A stretch of DNA of 64,000 nucleotides. Origin: Novosphingobium sp. (lineage in GTDB: Bacteria > Pseudomonadota > Alphaproteobacteria > Sphingomonadales > Sphingomonadaceae). Shown piece by piece: positions 63,776 through 64,000 of the stretch. The notes under the pieces are model-generated. The model had not been told where the DNA came from, made no database searches, and saw only the letters and a list, made by a program, of their open reading frames with translations. Each line of letters starts with the position of its first letter. Position 1 is the first letter of the stretch. Both the position numbers and the translations under genes were made by a program. The DNA is taken from contig JARROF010000010.1 in assembly GCA_037384205.1 (NCBI GenBank), positions 1,978 to 65,977 on the forward strand, written 5' to 3'.

Positions 63776-64000
63776 TATGCTTTCACGGCAGACACGCTAT
63801 CTATGTCAGCCCCTTCCAGAAAATCACCGGCAGACGTTCCACATATCGGGCGCCAACCTCTGGCCAGACCAAAACGGCCAACTCTAATTGTGCTGTTTAT
63901 TTGCGATGCAATTTGTCATCTTCCCTTTCAGCAGAAAAGGGGACAATGATACGCCATGAATGGAGCGGATTTACCTGTTTACTCGACCGATTTGTTCATC

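Overview
This is a GC-rich window with strong G/C third-codon-position bias, so long antisense 'shadow' ORFs are common. It looks like alphaproteobacterial chromosome. The gene order gltA-gltX-comEC-lexA-moeA-moaC-trpC-trpD-trpG-trpE, a GTTC-N7-GTTC SOS box and a ROSE-like heat-shock leader suggest a Sphingomonadales-type organism; this is inference, and no search was run. Roughly 0-41.5 kb is tightly packed housekeeping DNA: rnj, class A PBP, gltA, gltX, comEC, lexA, Moco genes, the trp operon, ppiD-like, tpiA, secG, pyrG, an MCP, hsp20, grxC, an M16 peptidase and purC. Within it sit a membrane-anchored coiled-coil protein and a signalling-like cluster with a histidine-kinase homologue that lacks the acceptor His. 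The accessory-looking part is 41.9-53.3 kb. It holds an orphan TadG(vWA)/TadE/TadE trio, a ~570-bp untranslated gap, and a 1465-aa multidomain RTX protein (2x LTD + Calx-beta, an EEP nuclease core, cadherin-like domains). That protein has its own PrtD-type ABC exporter and HlyD adaptor, and I consider this type I-secreted ExeM/NucH-like nuclease module the most interesting candidate system. From 53.3 kb to the end lies a cobalamin nucleotide-loop/salvage locus: cobU-cbiB-cobD-cobS-cobC-cobT-DUF1636-btuB on the minus strand, and a BtuM-like membrane protein plus cobO and cobB on the plus strand. Two back-to-back divergent cobalamin riboswitches drive these two units. Other observations: moeA appears frameshifted or internally deleted, two palindromic REP/MITE-like inserts lie in trp operon gaps, and an AT-rich intergenic region carries a perfect palindrome and 9-bp tandem repeats. 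I saw no rRNA, tRNA, CRISPR array, transposase or integrase. All family assignments come from motif recognition by eye, not database searches.
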